A DNA stretch of 62,931 bases, filler included, from Basidioascus undulatus (taxonomy: Eukaryota), in the NCBI GenBank assembly GCA_000826855.1. It is 11 parts of 11 records of this genome, joined end to end, with 100 filler letters (N's around TTAATTAATTAA, not from the genome) between each part and the next. Parts side by side here need not be neighbours in the genome. Positions count along the whole stretch, not along the records: positions 1 to 3,742 come from JTLS01002329.1; positions 3,843 to 28,502 come from JTLS01000233.1; 9 more parts are not named here. One strand, given 5' to 3'. The notes under the pieces are model-generated. The model saw only the letters and a program-made list of their open reading frames with translations. It made no database searches and had not been told where the DNA came from. Position 1 is the stretch's first letter. Each line of letters begins with the position of its first letter. Below are positions 1 to 13,042 of this stretch, one piece after another. Both the position numbers and the translations under genes were made by a program.

Positions 1-296
1 GCCGAGGCCGCGCACTGTTTCAGTGGGAGTGAGTGAGAGGAAGGGAGGGTGGGATGGAGGGGGAGAAAGATAGAAGGAAGATGCTGATGTAGGGTGTGGG
101 ATGGGGTGTGCGCTTGCAGCTTTTAAGGTGGGCGAGGACGGCGTGAAGCGCAGGCTTGTTACGGTCAAGGAGCAGCGGCCGAAGTTTAACATGGTGGGTG
201 CCCACACTAAATCTCCCCTCACCTTCCCACCTCTACTCTCGCATGTAAACTGATTCAACGCCCCTCCGACCCGGCGCCCCTCCACCCACCCCATAG

Positions 297-2193
297 CCCC
301 ACGACTCGCGCCACCCCGACCGCAAAGTGACCGTGCAAGTGCTCGTCGAGCGCTGGCTGGACGAGGCGCAGTACGACGAGGCGCTCAAGGAGGGCTTGCT
401 CGGGTGGCAGGAGGACGCGAAGCCTGAGGGTGCGGAGGAGGAGGAGAAGGGAGACAAGAAGGTCGGGACGCCTGGCAAGGTACGTTTTGCCTCTGTCCCC
501 CTCCTGACTTGTTGGTCAAACGCGGGTTGACGTGCGGGTTGGGATCGGGTTGGGATTGGGCGAGTCAGAAAACGCACCGCCGCGAATCCTCCCTCTACTA
601 CCAAACCGGCACGCCCGCCAAGCGCTCCATCTCGCTCGCAGGCGCAGGCGGTCTCTCCGGCTCCGGCTCCCCATCCATCTCGGGCCTCTCCACCCCGCGC
701 CTCTCCTCCCCTCACCAAACCCAATCTACATCCACCCCCACCTCCGGCCGCCTCCGCATCGCCTCCGCCTCCTCCAGCACTGGGACCCCGCGCGCCGGGC
801 GCGCGCGCAAGGTCGCAGACGAGGAGGAGAAGCGCAGAAGGGAGGCGGCGCTCCTTAAGGTGTTGAGGGAGGAGAAGGAGCGCAAGGAGCGCGAGGAGAG
901 GAGGAAGAACCGGGAGCGCGAGGGAGGGGCTGGGGGTGGGAACGTCGGGCTGGCGACGCCGGGGACGGGCGCGCCGACGCCGACGCCGAGCTTCTCGGTT
1001 ACGGCTGCGACACCGACCCCCGCTCCGGCGGGCGGTGACAAGCCGAACCCGTTCTCGTTCGGGCCGAGCTCGACGCTGGCTGGTACGTTGGCTTTTTACT
1101 TGGTTCGGTTCGGGCCCTGCGCTGCACGCTCACTCCGTCATCTTTGCAGCTTCCTCCACTTCCACCAGCACCAGCCCCCCCCCAGCGTCCGCCTCCGCGC
1201 CCGCACCGTCCTTCTCCGTCGGTGCGCCGGCTGGTACGTCTTGCTTCGGGTCTCGGGTCTCGACATCACGCTGGACTTAGCTGACGCCGTGTCCGTGTAA
1301 TCTACAGCTTCCTCAGCGCCCGCAACTGGCTCCGCTGCGCCTGCGCCCATGCCGGCGCCCTCTTTCTCGTTTGGCGCGCCCGCTGCTTCGACCGCTTCAG
1401 CCCCCGCTGCGGCTGCCAAGCCCGCCGCACCGAGCTTCTCGTTCGGCGCTCCAGCTTGTACGTCGCCGCATTTCTGGAGCTTGTAGTCAACTGAGACTGA
1501 CTGACATTACGCCCCCAGCTACCTTCGCCTCGACGACCACCACAACCGCAGCTTCCGCGCCCGCCCCATCGTTCTCATTCGGCGTCCCAGCCGCGTCGTC
1601 CGCAGCACTGTCGACGAGCACCCCCGCACCGGCCGCACCGAGCTTCTCGTTTGGGGCTCGTACGTTTCTTGTTGCACATCTTCCGTTGAATCTTTTACTG
1701 ACACGCTGCGAAATAATCAACAGCCGCTGCGTCCTCCTCCGCCGCCGCACCAGCGGCCGCCGCCCCCGCTCCGACCGCCCGCCCCTTCTCCTTCGGCGCC
1801 TCTTCCACCTCCGGCACTTCCACTTCCACTTCCACCCCCGCGGCCTCCACACCGCCGCCTAGCTTCTCTTTCGGCGCTCCGTCAATCTCCACGCCCAGCA
1901 CCACCGCCGTCCCCTCCGCCCCCTCCTTCTCCTTCGGCACCGGCGGCACCGGCGCGTCCGTGTCGGGCAACACGACCCCCTCCTTCTCTTTCGGCGCTAG
2001 CGCCGGTGGCTCGGACGCCTCCAGGTCCACGGCGGGTGGCGGTCTGCCCTTCACGTTCGGCGCGAGCAAGCCTGCTACGCCTGGCGCGACGCCTGCACCT
2101 GCGCCTGGCGGCGGCGGGTTCACGTTTGGCGCGCCGGGAGCGGGCACACGAAGCCGGGCGGGTGGGTTCTCGTTTAGTTTGGGGAAGAAGTAG
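297..2193 (+). CDS. FG-repeat (FxFG-type) nucleoporin, spliced, 5' end not located
   Basis: About ten PSFSFG/PFSFG/FTFG repeats with Ala/Ser/Thr/Pro spacers across GT-AG exons; ends GGFSFSLGKK* (TAG 2191-2193); a charged coiled-coil stretch lies upstream. Confidence 0.75.
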
Positions 2194-2298
2194 AGGGGAC
2201 GAAGTAGAGGGGACGAGAGGATGCGAGGAGGAATGGAGGGGAGAGCGGAGGGGGAGGAGGGAGAGGGGAGAGGGGGATAGGGGCAAGAGAAACCGTAC

Positions 2299-2585
2299 CT
2301 GACGCCTGGTAGCGGGTCCACGCCCCGCGCTGCCTCCCCCCACCCCTCCACGGCCCGCCGACTCGTCATGACCACGCCATCCCACCTCTTCCCTCGTAGC
2401 CCATCCCTCTCCCCCTCCCGCGCGCCGGGGCCGGCCCGTATGACCTCCCTTAGCGCCGGCACATCGTGCAGCGAGGAAGTAAGGACGGGGACGAAGTGCG
2501 GGTCGTAGCTCTGCGACGAGAGCGCGTGGGAGTAGGCGGGGGCCGGGTCTTTGAGGAGGAGGACGGAGCGGGCGGGGGAGAACAT
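2299..2585 (-). CDS. HEM4: Uroporphyrinogen-III synthase (HemD/HEM4), first exon only
   Basis: MFSPARSVLLLKD...YSHAL...FVPVL...WDGVVMTSRRAVE matches the HemD N-terminal motifs; followed by donor CAG|GTACGG; no downstream exons found. Confidence 0.75.
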
Positions 2586-3127
2586 GGTGAGAGGAAAGAG
2601 ATGGGGTGGGAAGGCAGGGGGAGAGGAGGAGGTGGGCTCGGGAGGAGATGGAGGCGGGAGGGGAGGAGATGGGGGAAGGAGGAGGAGGGAAGACGCGCCG
2701 GTGACGCGCCGGGTGTTGGAGCGAGGAAGACGCACGCCGGCAAGATCGGCGTACAATAGACGTATCGAGTTGTATATCAAGTAGAGGTGTTTGTTGAACT
2801 GCGTTTTGCGATAATTGTAGTGACTGTTGTTTGTGAGATGCGTGGAGGTGAGGTTGGGTGGTGCAGTTTGGCGATCCAACCCGCTGCGACTCGTGGCAGC
2901 CGGCGGGCGGCTTTCGAGCGCCGTGGCGACTTGCCTCCGTCCCTCATCTCCACAGTCTCTCATTCCCATTTCTCTCCTCCTCAGTACCTTACACAGAGCT
3001 CTTCCAAACCATAGCGTACTCCCATATTCCTACTTCCCGGACCCCTCCAGCCGTCCTCGCCCACCCCCCGTCCATGGCAACCTCTTGAATGTCCCAATCC
3101 CGACCCATCGCCCTTCGCCCTATCCCC

Positions 3128-3702
3128 ATGTCCTCGCGCCTCCACCCCAGCACCGCATCCTACAACCGGCCTCCCCCCCACCCCTCCTCCCGCAGGAAGG
3201 CGCGCTACTCGGACGACCCGCGCTGCTCCCCCGAGGAGGACGAGGAGGCCTTGCTTGGCGCGGGCGAGGAGGACGGGGAGGGGGAGGCGCTGCTGGGGGA
3301 GGAGGCGAAGGGGCGTGAGGGGGAGGAGGAGGAGGGCGCATGGAGAGGGGGGGAGAGGAGGGGGTGGAAGGGGTGGTTGAAGAGCGGGAGAGGGGAGAAA
3401 GAGGGACGGGCGAGGACAGTGCTGCTTAATCCGGGGGGTGCGTCTTCCACTTCCCGTTACTCACCCACTTCCCACCTCTTCTTCTTTCTTCAAGGCAAAG
3501 GAAGCTGAGCGATGGGGATGGGATGTGGATGGTAACACAGCGACGGCACCCCGCCCCAAACACCCGCCCAACGTGATCCGCAACCAGAAGTACAACGTCC
3601 TCACCTTCCTCCCGCTCGTCCTGTACGAGCAGTTCAAGTTCTTCTTCAACCTCTACTTCTTGCTCGTCGCGCTCTCGCAGTTCGTGCCGGCGCTCAAGAT
3701 TG
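3128..3702 (+). CDS. NEO1: P4-type ATPase phospholipid flippase (NEO1/ATP9 class), 5' part, truncated by contig end
   Basis: [47 protein letters not shown] is the typical Neo1/ATP9 N-terminal and TM1 segment; intron about 3438-3540. Confidence 0.9.
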
Positions 3703-3742
3703 GTGGGTGCCTCTCTTGTTCTCTCTCCCCCCCCCCCCCCCC

Positions 3743-3842
3743 NNNNNNNNNNNNNNNNNNNNNNNNNNNNNNNNNNNNNNNNNNNNTTAATTAATTAANN
3801 NNNNNNNNNNNNNNNNNNNNNNNNNNNNNNNNNNNNNNNNNN
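3743..3842. other. Artificial contig spacer (44N-TTAATTAATTAA-44N); repeated at 28503, 32336, 36169, 40000, 43829, 47657, 51479, 55298 and 59117
   Basis: Ten identical 100-nt spacers whose 12-mer gives stops in all six frames; flanking genes are cut mid-sequence. Confidence 0.99.
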
Positions 3843-4039
3843 ACTGCAGGCCGAGACTGATCCTCCACGACCGTGGGTCCGAATCGCTGCTCAGGAAACA
3901 TCACGTCAGTAATCAGTGTGAATTATATCAAGAAATAACCGACGGACAATGTCTCTCCCTTGTAGTTGGTAAATGTGCCATATCCAACAAGAGAAGCAAC
4001 CGGGGCACCGATGCTGAGCATGAATTGTTGAAGGGTGGT
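3843..4039 (-). repeat. Duplicated 197-nt fragment of the MFS sugar transporter gene (copy of 15392-15588)
   Basis: Direct comparison by eye shows about 6 substitutions in 197 nt, including intron sequence; similarity stops abruptly at 4039. Confidence 0.95.
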
Positions 4040-5002
4040 GACACGGTCTCCGCCGTTTGAGTGGACGACGCTGAGCTTACACAGGATATCTATCCACGCA
4101 ATACCATGTACAGTCACATTTACTTTATCAAAGTGTCAAAGCGTGCCAACAATGCGTTCAACACTTACCAGCACCCCATCCGCTCAAGAAACTTCCAGCC
4201 TGCGCCATGCTCACGGTTTAAGCTACCGGCTGGATAGAGCCTCCCGTGACGAGGGTGATCTTTTACAACTTTCATGGCTTCTGGAGTGGAGCCAAGTAAA
4301 GGAGCGCTGCTCAGCGGGTATGTCGGTCCGCCTAACTTATTTCGAAACACCTGACAGCTGTGCGGCTGTACAGCTGTTTGTTTGCCTTACCCTTATACCT
4401 CTGCGCCTTCATCGTACAGAGATTGGTAGATTTTATATACGTCTCTTCTCTCATCATAGCTCACGGTAGAGGATGGCCTTCTGGCACCTACAGCGCAAAC
4501 GTCGGGTTTGAACGGCTGCGAGGCAAGAACAACGGTATAGTTCTGTAACATGACTGTGCCAATCTCTGGCACTTAATAGGGATCGGATAATTGTGTCCCC
4601 ATCATAAGGTATCGGTGCGTAGCTCGTCAATTGCCGATCGTTATGGACGGTCAGACGGGGGTTACGCATGGTAGGAGCCAGCCTCAGCGTATGTCCCGCC
4701 CGCCACACAGGCGCGACTCGCAGTCCTCCCGCCAACGCTCATTACCAGCTTGCGAAAGTAAGCACACAGGTACAGTAACGTAACCTCGTCGTTTGACTGA
4801 GTGAGTTTCTGCCACAAAATGGTCGACTGACTCCAGCACGCGTCGAGCGGGAATTGCATCCACATTCCGGACTAACGGAAGATATGTCTAGTTCATGTTC
4901 GTATGCGATAAGCGGGTGTCTTAATAGCGAGGGAATAAGCAGACGAAAGGGGGAATGCGATGTGCGACCAAAAGCAGAGAAAAATGAGGGCGGCGCAGCC
5001 CA

Positions 5003-6030
<1,028 letters not shown>

Positions 6031-6045
6031 GGCGAGAGTAGGAGT

Positions 6046-6264
6046 CTACTGTTGCTTGGAGAGGGAGGTGGGCGGAGCGTCGTTCTTCTGGAAGATTGGC
6101 GGGAGGAGGGGGTTCTCGACTTGAGGACGAGAGGGCTGCTTCGCGCGTTGATTGACGACGTAGACAAAAGTACCGAACGAGAGGAATCCGAGCGCAGCGA
6201 GTGCGAGGGGGTGAGGAGCACTGTTGCGTGGGCGAGGGGGCGGTGGTGGTAAAGGGGAAGGCAT
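6046..6264 (-). CDS. 72-aa single-TM microprotein ORF directly upstream of URA6
   Basis: MPSPLPPPPPRPRNSAPHPLALAALGFLSFGTFVYVVNQRAK...; hydrophobic segment followed by basic residues; stop lies 15 nt before the URA6 ATG. Confidence 0.55.
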   Translation of the reverse strand: MPSPLPPPPPRPRNSAPHPLALAALGFLSFGTFVYVVNQRAKQPSRPQVENPLLPPIFQKNDAPPTSLSKQQ

Positions 6265-6580
6265 CAGGGGTGCAAGACCAGAGGCACTTCGCAACTGGGG
6301 GTGCGCGGGGAAGGGGCTCGATCCCTTTGCAACACCACTAGCGGGCGGGTTCGTTTTACCTTTGTAGAACGCCAAACAAAGCGGCGATGGGATCGATCTG
6401 ACATCTCACTTAGGTGGCATTCTTTCAGATCAAGCCAAAGTACGTCCTTAAAGTATTCGCTGCAAGAATCCACTCAGTTGGCAGGGGAAGCAGAGCCATG
6501 CCGGGTATTGATTCGCATTCAAGACAGATCACGCGTAGCTCAGCAGCGATGAAGCTGCATCCACACTGCATCAAAACCGT

Positions 6581-9500
6581 CTACATGGGTACATCACGAA
6601 CGAAGCTCAGTACGCCGAGGCCATACGAGATGAGGTCCATCAGGCGTGCGCTCTCCTTGCGCTGCTCCTCCATGAGCGCTTCGAGGTCCGCGCGGAGCTC
6701 GGCATTCGCGACCAGGATGTCGCCGTGCCCCTTCAGCAGCACGCCCAAGAGCGCCTGGACAGCCTCGAAGTCGCGCTGACTGCGCAGCCGCGCGGCGAGG
6801 GCGCGCAGGAAGAGCGAGATGTGTTTGAGCGAGACGAGGGAGCGGATCTCCAGGTCGGTCGCGGCGGGGGAGAGGGTTTGCACGTAGGCGAAGAAGGTAT
6901 CACCTGGCAAGCGCTCGAAGTCGGTCAATAGCTATCGCCAGACGACGGGAGAAATGGAAAACACGCACAAGGTCCGTCGAGGTCCTCGGCAGCAAGCTTC
7001 TTGGTGAAATCGCTTTCGATCATCGCCGCGCCCAAGCTGAGACGATGTGAGTCGGCCGCAGCCGCGTCATTCGATACGTCTTGCATCGGCTCCTCGCCCA
7101 GCGCAAAACGCTCGTTTTTGCCTCTGAGCGACGGCAGGAAGAACGGCGCCTTCTCCGGCGCCTTCGGCGGCTCCTTCGGCTTGTTCCGTTCCTGTAACAA
7201 GAGTACGTTCAGCGTCGGAATTTCGATACGAGACGTTTCAAGTGCGTGGTACAAACCTTGATAGTCTCGAGGTTGAGCAGCGTCTGCCATCTTGACCGAG
7301 GCATGACCGAGAGCGTGAGCAGGCCTTCGACGAGCTGGGTCTGAACGCCAGTAGGGTCGCCGGCGATAGGAAGAGCGGGGAGGTCTTCGAGAGCTGAAGA
7401 AACTAGGTATAAGTACGATGCCGGATATTGATCACCGGGAAGGTCATCAGCGCACCTTCGTCCTCCTCGGTGCCTTGCATCGACGGCAGCGCGACCTCGG
7501 TGATCTCGTCCTCCACGATCGTCCGGAGGGGGACCTCGGTGAACTGCGCCTTGTTCGCCCTACCAACCCGCTATGTCAGCTGATTGCGTGCAGCGTTGAG
7601 CGCCGGCAAAGACGAACCAAAGGAAGACTCCGACGCTGTCGACATGAGACGTCGCGACGAAGTCTCCGGTAGGAGAGAAGGAGATGCTCGTCGGGATGGA
7701 GGCGACCTTGAACGCGTCGACGAGACCGCCAGTCGGGACGTCAAAGGTCCGGATGACCGAGTCAAGCGAGGCAGCGACTAGCCAGCGGGAGTCGGGCGAG
7801 AATGCCTGAATGAGAGAAAGTGAGCTCCCGTAGCGCGCAGTCATGAGAGCAAGTCTCTACTCACGATGTCCAAGATGCGGCCGCGGAATCCGCCGAGCTC
7901 ACGAACAACCCGATGGGTCTCGATGTCGAGAATGCGCAGGACGAGGTCATCGCAGATTACAGCGAGGAGACCGTTGTCGCGCTGAAGGGTGATGGAGACG
8001 ATGTTAGAGGGAAGTTGGACGGTGTGGTCGAGCTGCACGGTGTGGAAGTCGAAGAACTGCCAATAGGATATTATCAGCACACATTCTCAGCGCACAGTTC
8101 ACTGCGAGGCGTACGTGGATGGCGCCGTCCAAAGTGCTTGCGATGAGCGTCCGGTTCAGCGAGTCCGTCGCGATGCCCGTAATGGCGCGCGGCTTCTTGC
8201 TGGATGGCCCCGGCAACGCGCCCATGGAGAACGTCTTGCGCTTGATGCCGGACTGCATGTTGAACATCGTGACCTGGCCGCTTGTCGACGACCCGACGAA
8301 GCCGAAGTTGCCGCAAGCCGAGACGCAGACAGCCTGAGCTTCGGATCAGTCAATCAAGTTCGAGCTCGTCGGACCCGCGCAGCACAACGGACCTTCGCGA
8401 CACCGCCCTCAGATTCGACCTTGAACTTCCCGAGCTTCTTGTCCTGCACATGCCAGGTCCGCGCAGCCGCGTCGTCGCCGTGCGCCGTGAGGACGTCATC
8501 CCAGTCCTTCGAGCGAGAGAGGGAGAAGGCGAGAGAGGTGACGGGAGGGAGGCGGAGGGAGGAGATAGGAACCGAAAGAAGCGCGGACTTTTTGGCGAGA
8601 GAACCTGCATCAAGAAGCATCGAATGTGAGCCCAAGCTGGAAGAACGGAGCGGAATGTCACTCGCCTTGGGAGAGTTCGAAGCTGCGCGAGTCGCGAACG
8701 ACGCTGATGTAGCGCAAGCTGCGATCGCGGCCGGCGCTGAGAATCGCTTTCCCGTCGTCGCCGTAGTGGCGGATGAGGTGCGGCGGGGCGGTGTGGCCTG
8801 CGCGGAATTTGAGGAGACGAGGCGCAGTCGTCGGAGAGTCGAACAACCATTGCTGCGGGTTCACACGCCGGCGTGTGAGCATCTCACATTTCAGCAGAGA
8901 ACGAAGACGCACCTTCATGCTGTTGTCCCCACTCGCCGTCACAAGAACGGGTTGATTCGGGAGGAACTCAGCCTTCGCAACAGCAGCGTCGTGAGCGTCC
9001 TTCATGAGATGAAGCAGACGCCCGCGCTCGTTGAGGTCCCAGAGCGCGACCGAACCAGCCGAAGAAGAGGTCGCCATGACGTGCTGGCCATCTGCATTTC
9101 GGCCATCTCATCAGCCCAAGATCAACCCCCTCATTCCGCAGCATGCGACTCACCGGTGCGGAAAGAGATGTCTGCGATGGAGACGCCGCCGTCCATGCGG
9201 ACGCGGAGCAACTCCTCGTCTACGCGGACATCGTAGAGCGAGACGAGACCATCCAAGTAGCCGATGGCGATGACATCGATGGCGGGCGACTGGACAATCG
9301 TGGTGATGGGCGAGGTGGTGGAGTTGGGGAGGTTGCGGCGGAGGTGGGTCGAGGAGAAGGCGTGGATGAGAGTCCTGAGAGCCGACAGGCAGCGCGTCAG
9401 TGAACCATTCAACCAACGCACAAACAAAGCACTCACCGAGTACGGATGTTCCACAGCTGCAGATCTCCCTCAGCAGATGCCACGAGCACCTTGTTCAGGT

Positions 9501-10298
9501 ACGTCGCTGGATGGATGACCTGCGCCGCCGTGAAGCCCGGCGTAAACTCGACCTCCGACAGGAACTCTGCGAGACAATGTCAGTACAGTCCGTTCACCAT
9601 GCCGTTCTAGAGAACTTACCGGCCGACTCGATGTCCCACACGAGCAAGCCCGTGCCGCGCTCGCGCAGAGCGAGAACTTGCGAGCCGAAGATGAGGATTT
9701 GCGACAGGGAGGACGGCTCGGGATGGGTGTAGCGGGCGACCTGAATCCAAAACGATCAGAAGCTTGATTTGTCTCACTGAGCAAGCATTTACGCACCTCC
9801 TTGCCGCGGACATAGCGGATCAGGACGTCGCCTCCCGCCGCGAAAACGGACTTGCCGTCCACCGCGAGAGAGGTGATGGGAGCAGGGGCGTCGGGCGCTA
9901 AGGGTGTACAACGAAAATTAGTGCGCTGCTCATAAGCTCCCTCCCCTTCAAGCTGAACGCTGGCCTGCTCGGAGCCGTCCTATACCCCTCACTTCTCCCT
10001 CGCTGGTAAAGCGGGCAGACTCACAGACAAAGAGCAGCCTCATCGTTCCTACATCCCACATGGCCCAGCTGCGACCCAGACAGGTCACGATCTGCGCGCT
10101 GAAAGTTGTCGCGTCCTTGCTAGAACGAGTCTGCAGCGCGAAGGGAACATCGTTTGAGACGAAGCCGAGCGCCCGGAAGGGGGCGAACAGACGAGGTTGA
10201 AGCTGCTTCGGCGCGGCTGCTGGGGCGACGGCGGTGTCCGGCGCCGATGCACCGTTGGCGGTAGCGGTCTTCGTCCGCTTGCGCGGTGGAGCGACCAT
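6581..10298 (-). CDS. UTP21: U3 snoRNP/SSU processome WD40 protein Utp21, multi-exon
   Basis: RLFAPFRALGFVSNDVPF N-terminus, many WD repeats, FNMQSG, AFSPDSRWLVAASLDSVIRTFDVPTG, RNKPKEPPKAPEKAPFFLP, LSPAATDLEIRSL...DFEAVQA. Confidence 0.95.
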
Positions 10299-10621
10299 GG
10301 CGAGCGTGCGGTCAAATGAAGAGATGGTCGGTGAAGGAGAGACGCGGCAAGCGAGAAGCCCAAAGATTTCGACGTGCAAGGTCATGTGACTTTGATGGCT
10401 GTCAGATGTCAGTGGGTCACTTCCCAAAGGTCTCAGTACCCATTCTACAATCACTCATCAGCGTGTATACATCTAATTGTCGGAAGCCCAAACTGTTGCG
10501 GTGCAGGGCGGGTATTGAGTCCGCACCAAGCGCGGACCCCCGGCATACAGTCTGGCAGGCAAACTCAAGTTGAACGGACTAGGAGTACAAGCGCAAGAGA
10601 GGGGATGGCAAGGTATAGATC

Positions 10622-11630
10622 TCATTCCCGTCGCAAGTTGTCCAGACGGGCCTGTAGGGAGTCCTCATCACTCAACCCGCCGCCGCCGCCTCCGGGTGGA
10701 GTCGACCCGCCCTTCCCAGTGCGTGCCCCGCTCGGCGGTCCTAGAGAGTCGGCACCTTCTGCGAGGGCTTGCCGCTCGGAAGTCGGAGCGTTGAGAGAGG
10801 CGATGTCGTCCGGGGTCGAAGCAAGCTGCGGCGTGGGTGGGCGCTTGATTAGCCTTGGTCACTTGCCGCTTCACCTCGCATTGGAAGCCACGACGACGTA
10901 CCTGTTGATTCAGGCTCACGCCGATCTCGTCCAGGACCTCCTTCACGATGCGGTCCTCCTCCTCCTCGCCTTCTACGCCCTCATCGTCCATCACATCGTC
11001 CACCGCGTCGCTCATCATCTCCTCCTTCATGTCCATCTGCGCGCTCTCGCGCTCGAAGTCCTGCATGATGCGCGTGATGGCCGGGAGGTTGAGCCCGCGG
11101 TTCATGCTCGCCATAGCCTGCAGTGGTGCTGTAAATAAGTGGACGCCACCCAGTGAAGAAGGCGACAGGGACATACCTTGGTCGCGCCCTTCATCGCCTC
11201 CGCCATCTGCTGATTGCTCCGCAGCGTCTGTATGCGCAGGCTGACAGCCTGAAGCTGTGTGCGCATCTGGTAGAACTTTTGGATGTAGCGCCGGGTCCGC
11301 ACGAGGTCCTTCGCCATGACCTTGCAACCACTCTGCCCCGCAACCCGATATCAGGTGCCTTATCCATCTCGAGCCCACCCCCGTTCGCACGACGCACCAT
11401 TTGGCCCGCCTTCGCGGACTTCTTGATGTCCGCTATGAGCTTCTTCTCCTGCGCCTCCAGTTTGGTGCGCTCCCGGTCGAGCTCGCGCTGCGCCTTCTGA
11501 AGCGCGCGCTGATGCTGGCGCAGTCGCTCTTGTGGAGTGATTGACCGGCCGAAGAGGGCGTCCTAGCAGCATATGGATGAGCCCACAGCTGTCAGCCTCA
11601 GAAGACAGACTGTCTCACAAGAATATTCAT
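10622..11630 (-). CDS. DID4: ESCRT-III subunit Vps2/Did4 (CHMP2)
   Basis: MAKDLVRTRRYIQKFYQMRTQLQAVSLRIQTLRSNQQMAEAMKGATK, QVLDEIG-like segment, C-terminal MIM DSLQARLDNLRRE*. Confidence 0.95.
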
Positions 11631-11822
11631 GGTCGACGACGGGTCGGGCGATGTGTGAGGTTTGGTGGGTTAAGATGGCTGTGATGGTAGAGGGTTGAGA
11701 GGGGCGTCGCCGCCGGGCCGACAGCGCGGCTACCGCGACAGCTCGAGTTAGACCTTCCTTGCACAAGGGCCGTTCCGTGACTCGCCGGCTTTTGCCTTCT
11801 TCTCACCACCACCTCCATAGAC

Positions 11823-12922
11823 ATGGGCTCCGAAGCTAACGGTAGTGCGTACACTCGAATCGATGCTGACGCCTAACCTTGTCGACTGAGTCTTCGCTAC
11901 GTGACTCAGTCTGCGTCTACTGCGCGTCTTCCCCCGGCAAATCGCCCCTCTTCATCGAGGCGGCCAAGTGTCCGTCTTTTTCTCGTGGTTCTGCGCAAAA
12001 ACCCGTGCTAACGTCGGTCATTACTTAAAGCTCTCGGATCAGCTGTCGCTCAGTCCTCTCACGTTCTCGTCTACGGAGGCGGACAGCGCGGCTTAATGGG
12101 ACAGGTCTCGCTCGCAGCGCTCGAGGCGGGCGGTCGCGTTACGGGTGTCATCCCCGAAGCCATGCTCGCCGTAGGCAGCGAGAAGGGTGAGACGGACGCT
12201 GCAAAGTCGCACCCGGCTGCGACGCCGGGCGGCTGGCCGGGGGTTGACGTTGTGGTCGTGCACTCGATGCACGAGCGCAAACTCAAGATGGCTGAGGTTA
12301 GCAAGGCTTTCGTGGCATTGCCCGGGGTAAATTGGATTTTTTCACTGGCCTCAAATTGGACGCACGCTGATAATCTCTGTTCTCAGGGATTGTAAGTGCT
12401 TGGGGTCTGGCGCTGGTGGGAGTCTGGCTGATACAGCTTTTGGTCGACAGCGGCACGATGGAAGAGGTAAGGGTGATTTAGGGCGTTCGCTACACTGCAG
12501 CAGCCAATTGATTCCTCCCATTTGCGCAGCTTTTCGAGGTCACTACGTGGTCGCAGCTCGGCATTCACGCTAAGCGTAAGCCTGTCCTTTTACTGTGTCC
12601 GACGTCGACAATTTACCTGACGCGAGGCTTTTACAGCCGTCATTCTCCTGAACGTCGACGGATTCTACGCGTCAGTCGTTCGTTTTTGTCCCTATATTGG
12701 TCGGCTCATCTTTTCACTTTCAGTCCGCTGCGCGACTACGTCAACAAAGCCGTCGCCGCGGGCTTCATCCACGAGGAGAACGCCCGACTCATGACGTTCG
12801 TCGACACCCCCGCGGACGGGGACTGGGGCAAGGCCGCGGTGGATGCTATCTCATCGTGGGAAACCGGTGGCGCTGTGTACAAGTTCAACTGGAAGGCGAA
12901 GTCGACTGGCGTAGAACCTTAG
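11823..12922 (+). CDS. LOG-family nucleotide phosphoribohydrolase (Lonely Guy / lysine-decarboxylase-like)
   Basis: VCVYCASS, LVYGGG..GLMG, SMHERK, spliced PGGFGTMEE, TWSQLGIHAKP, LLNVDGFY. Confidence 0.92.
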
Positions 12923-13042
12923 AGTCCTAGGACATAGATCGTACGCGGACTACATTGCACCAAAAACACGAGTTACATTTCCATAATCAAATCGTCCACG
13001 AAGTAATCTGCGGATCTCGGACTGCGATGCAGAAAAGCGTCA

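Noticed and set aside
1040..2190. Recurring CCTTCTCGTTCGGC-like DNA repeats as an array
   Set aside because: They encode the PSFSFG nucleoporin repeats and vary at synonymous positions
3787..3798. Regularly spaced TTAATTAATTAA as a biological repeat or CRISPR-like array
   Set aside because: Always centred in 88 Ns; an artificial six-frame stop linker, and the 3.8-kb period reflects size-sorted contigs
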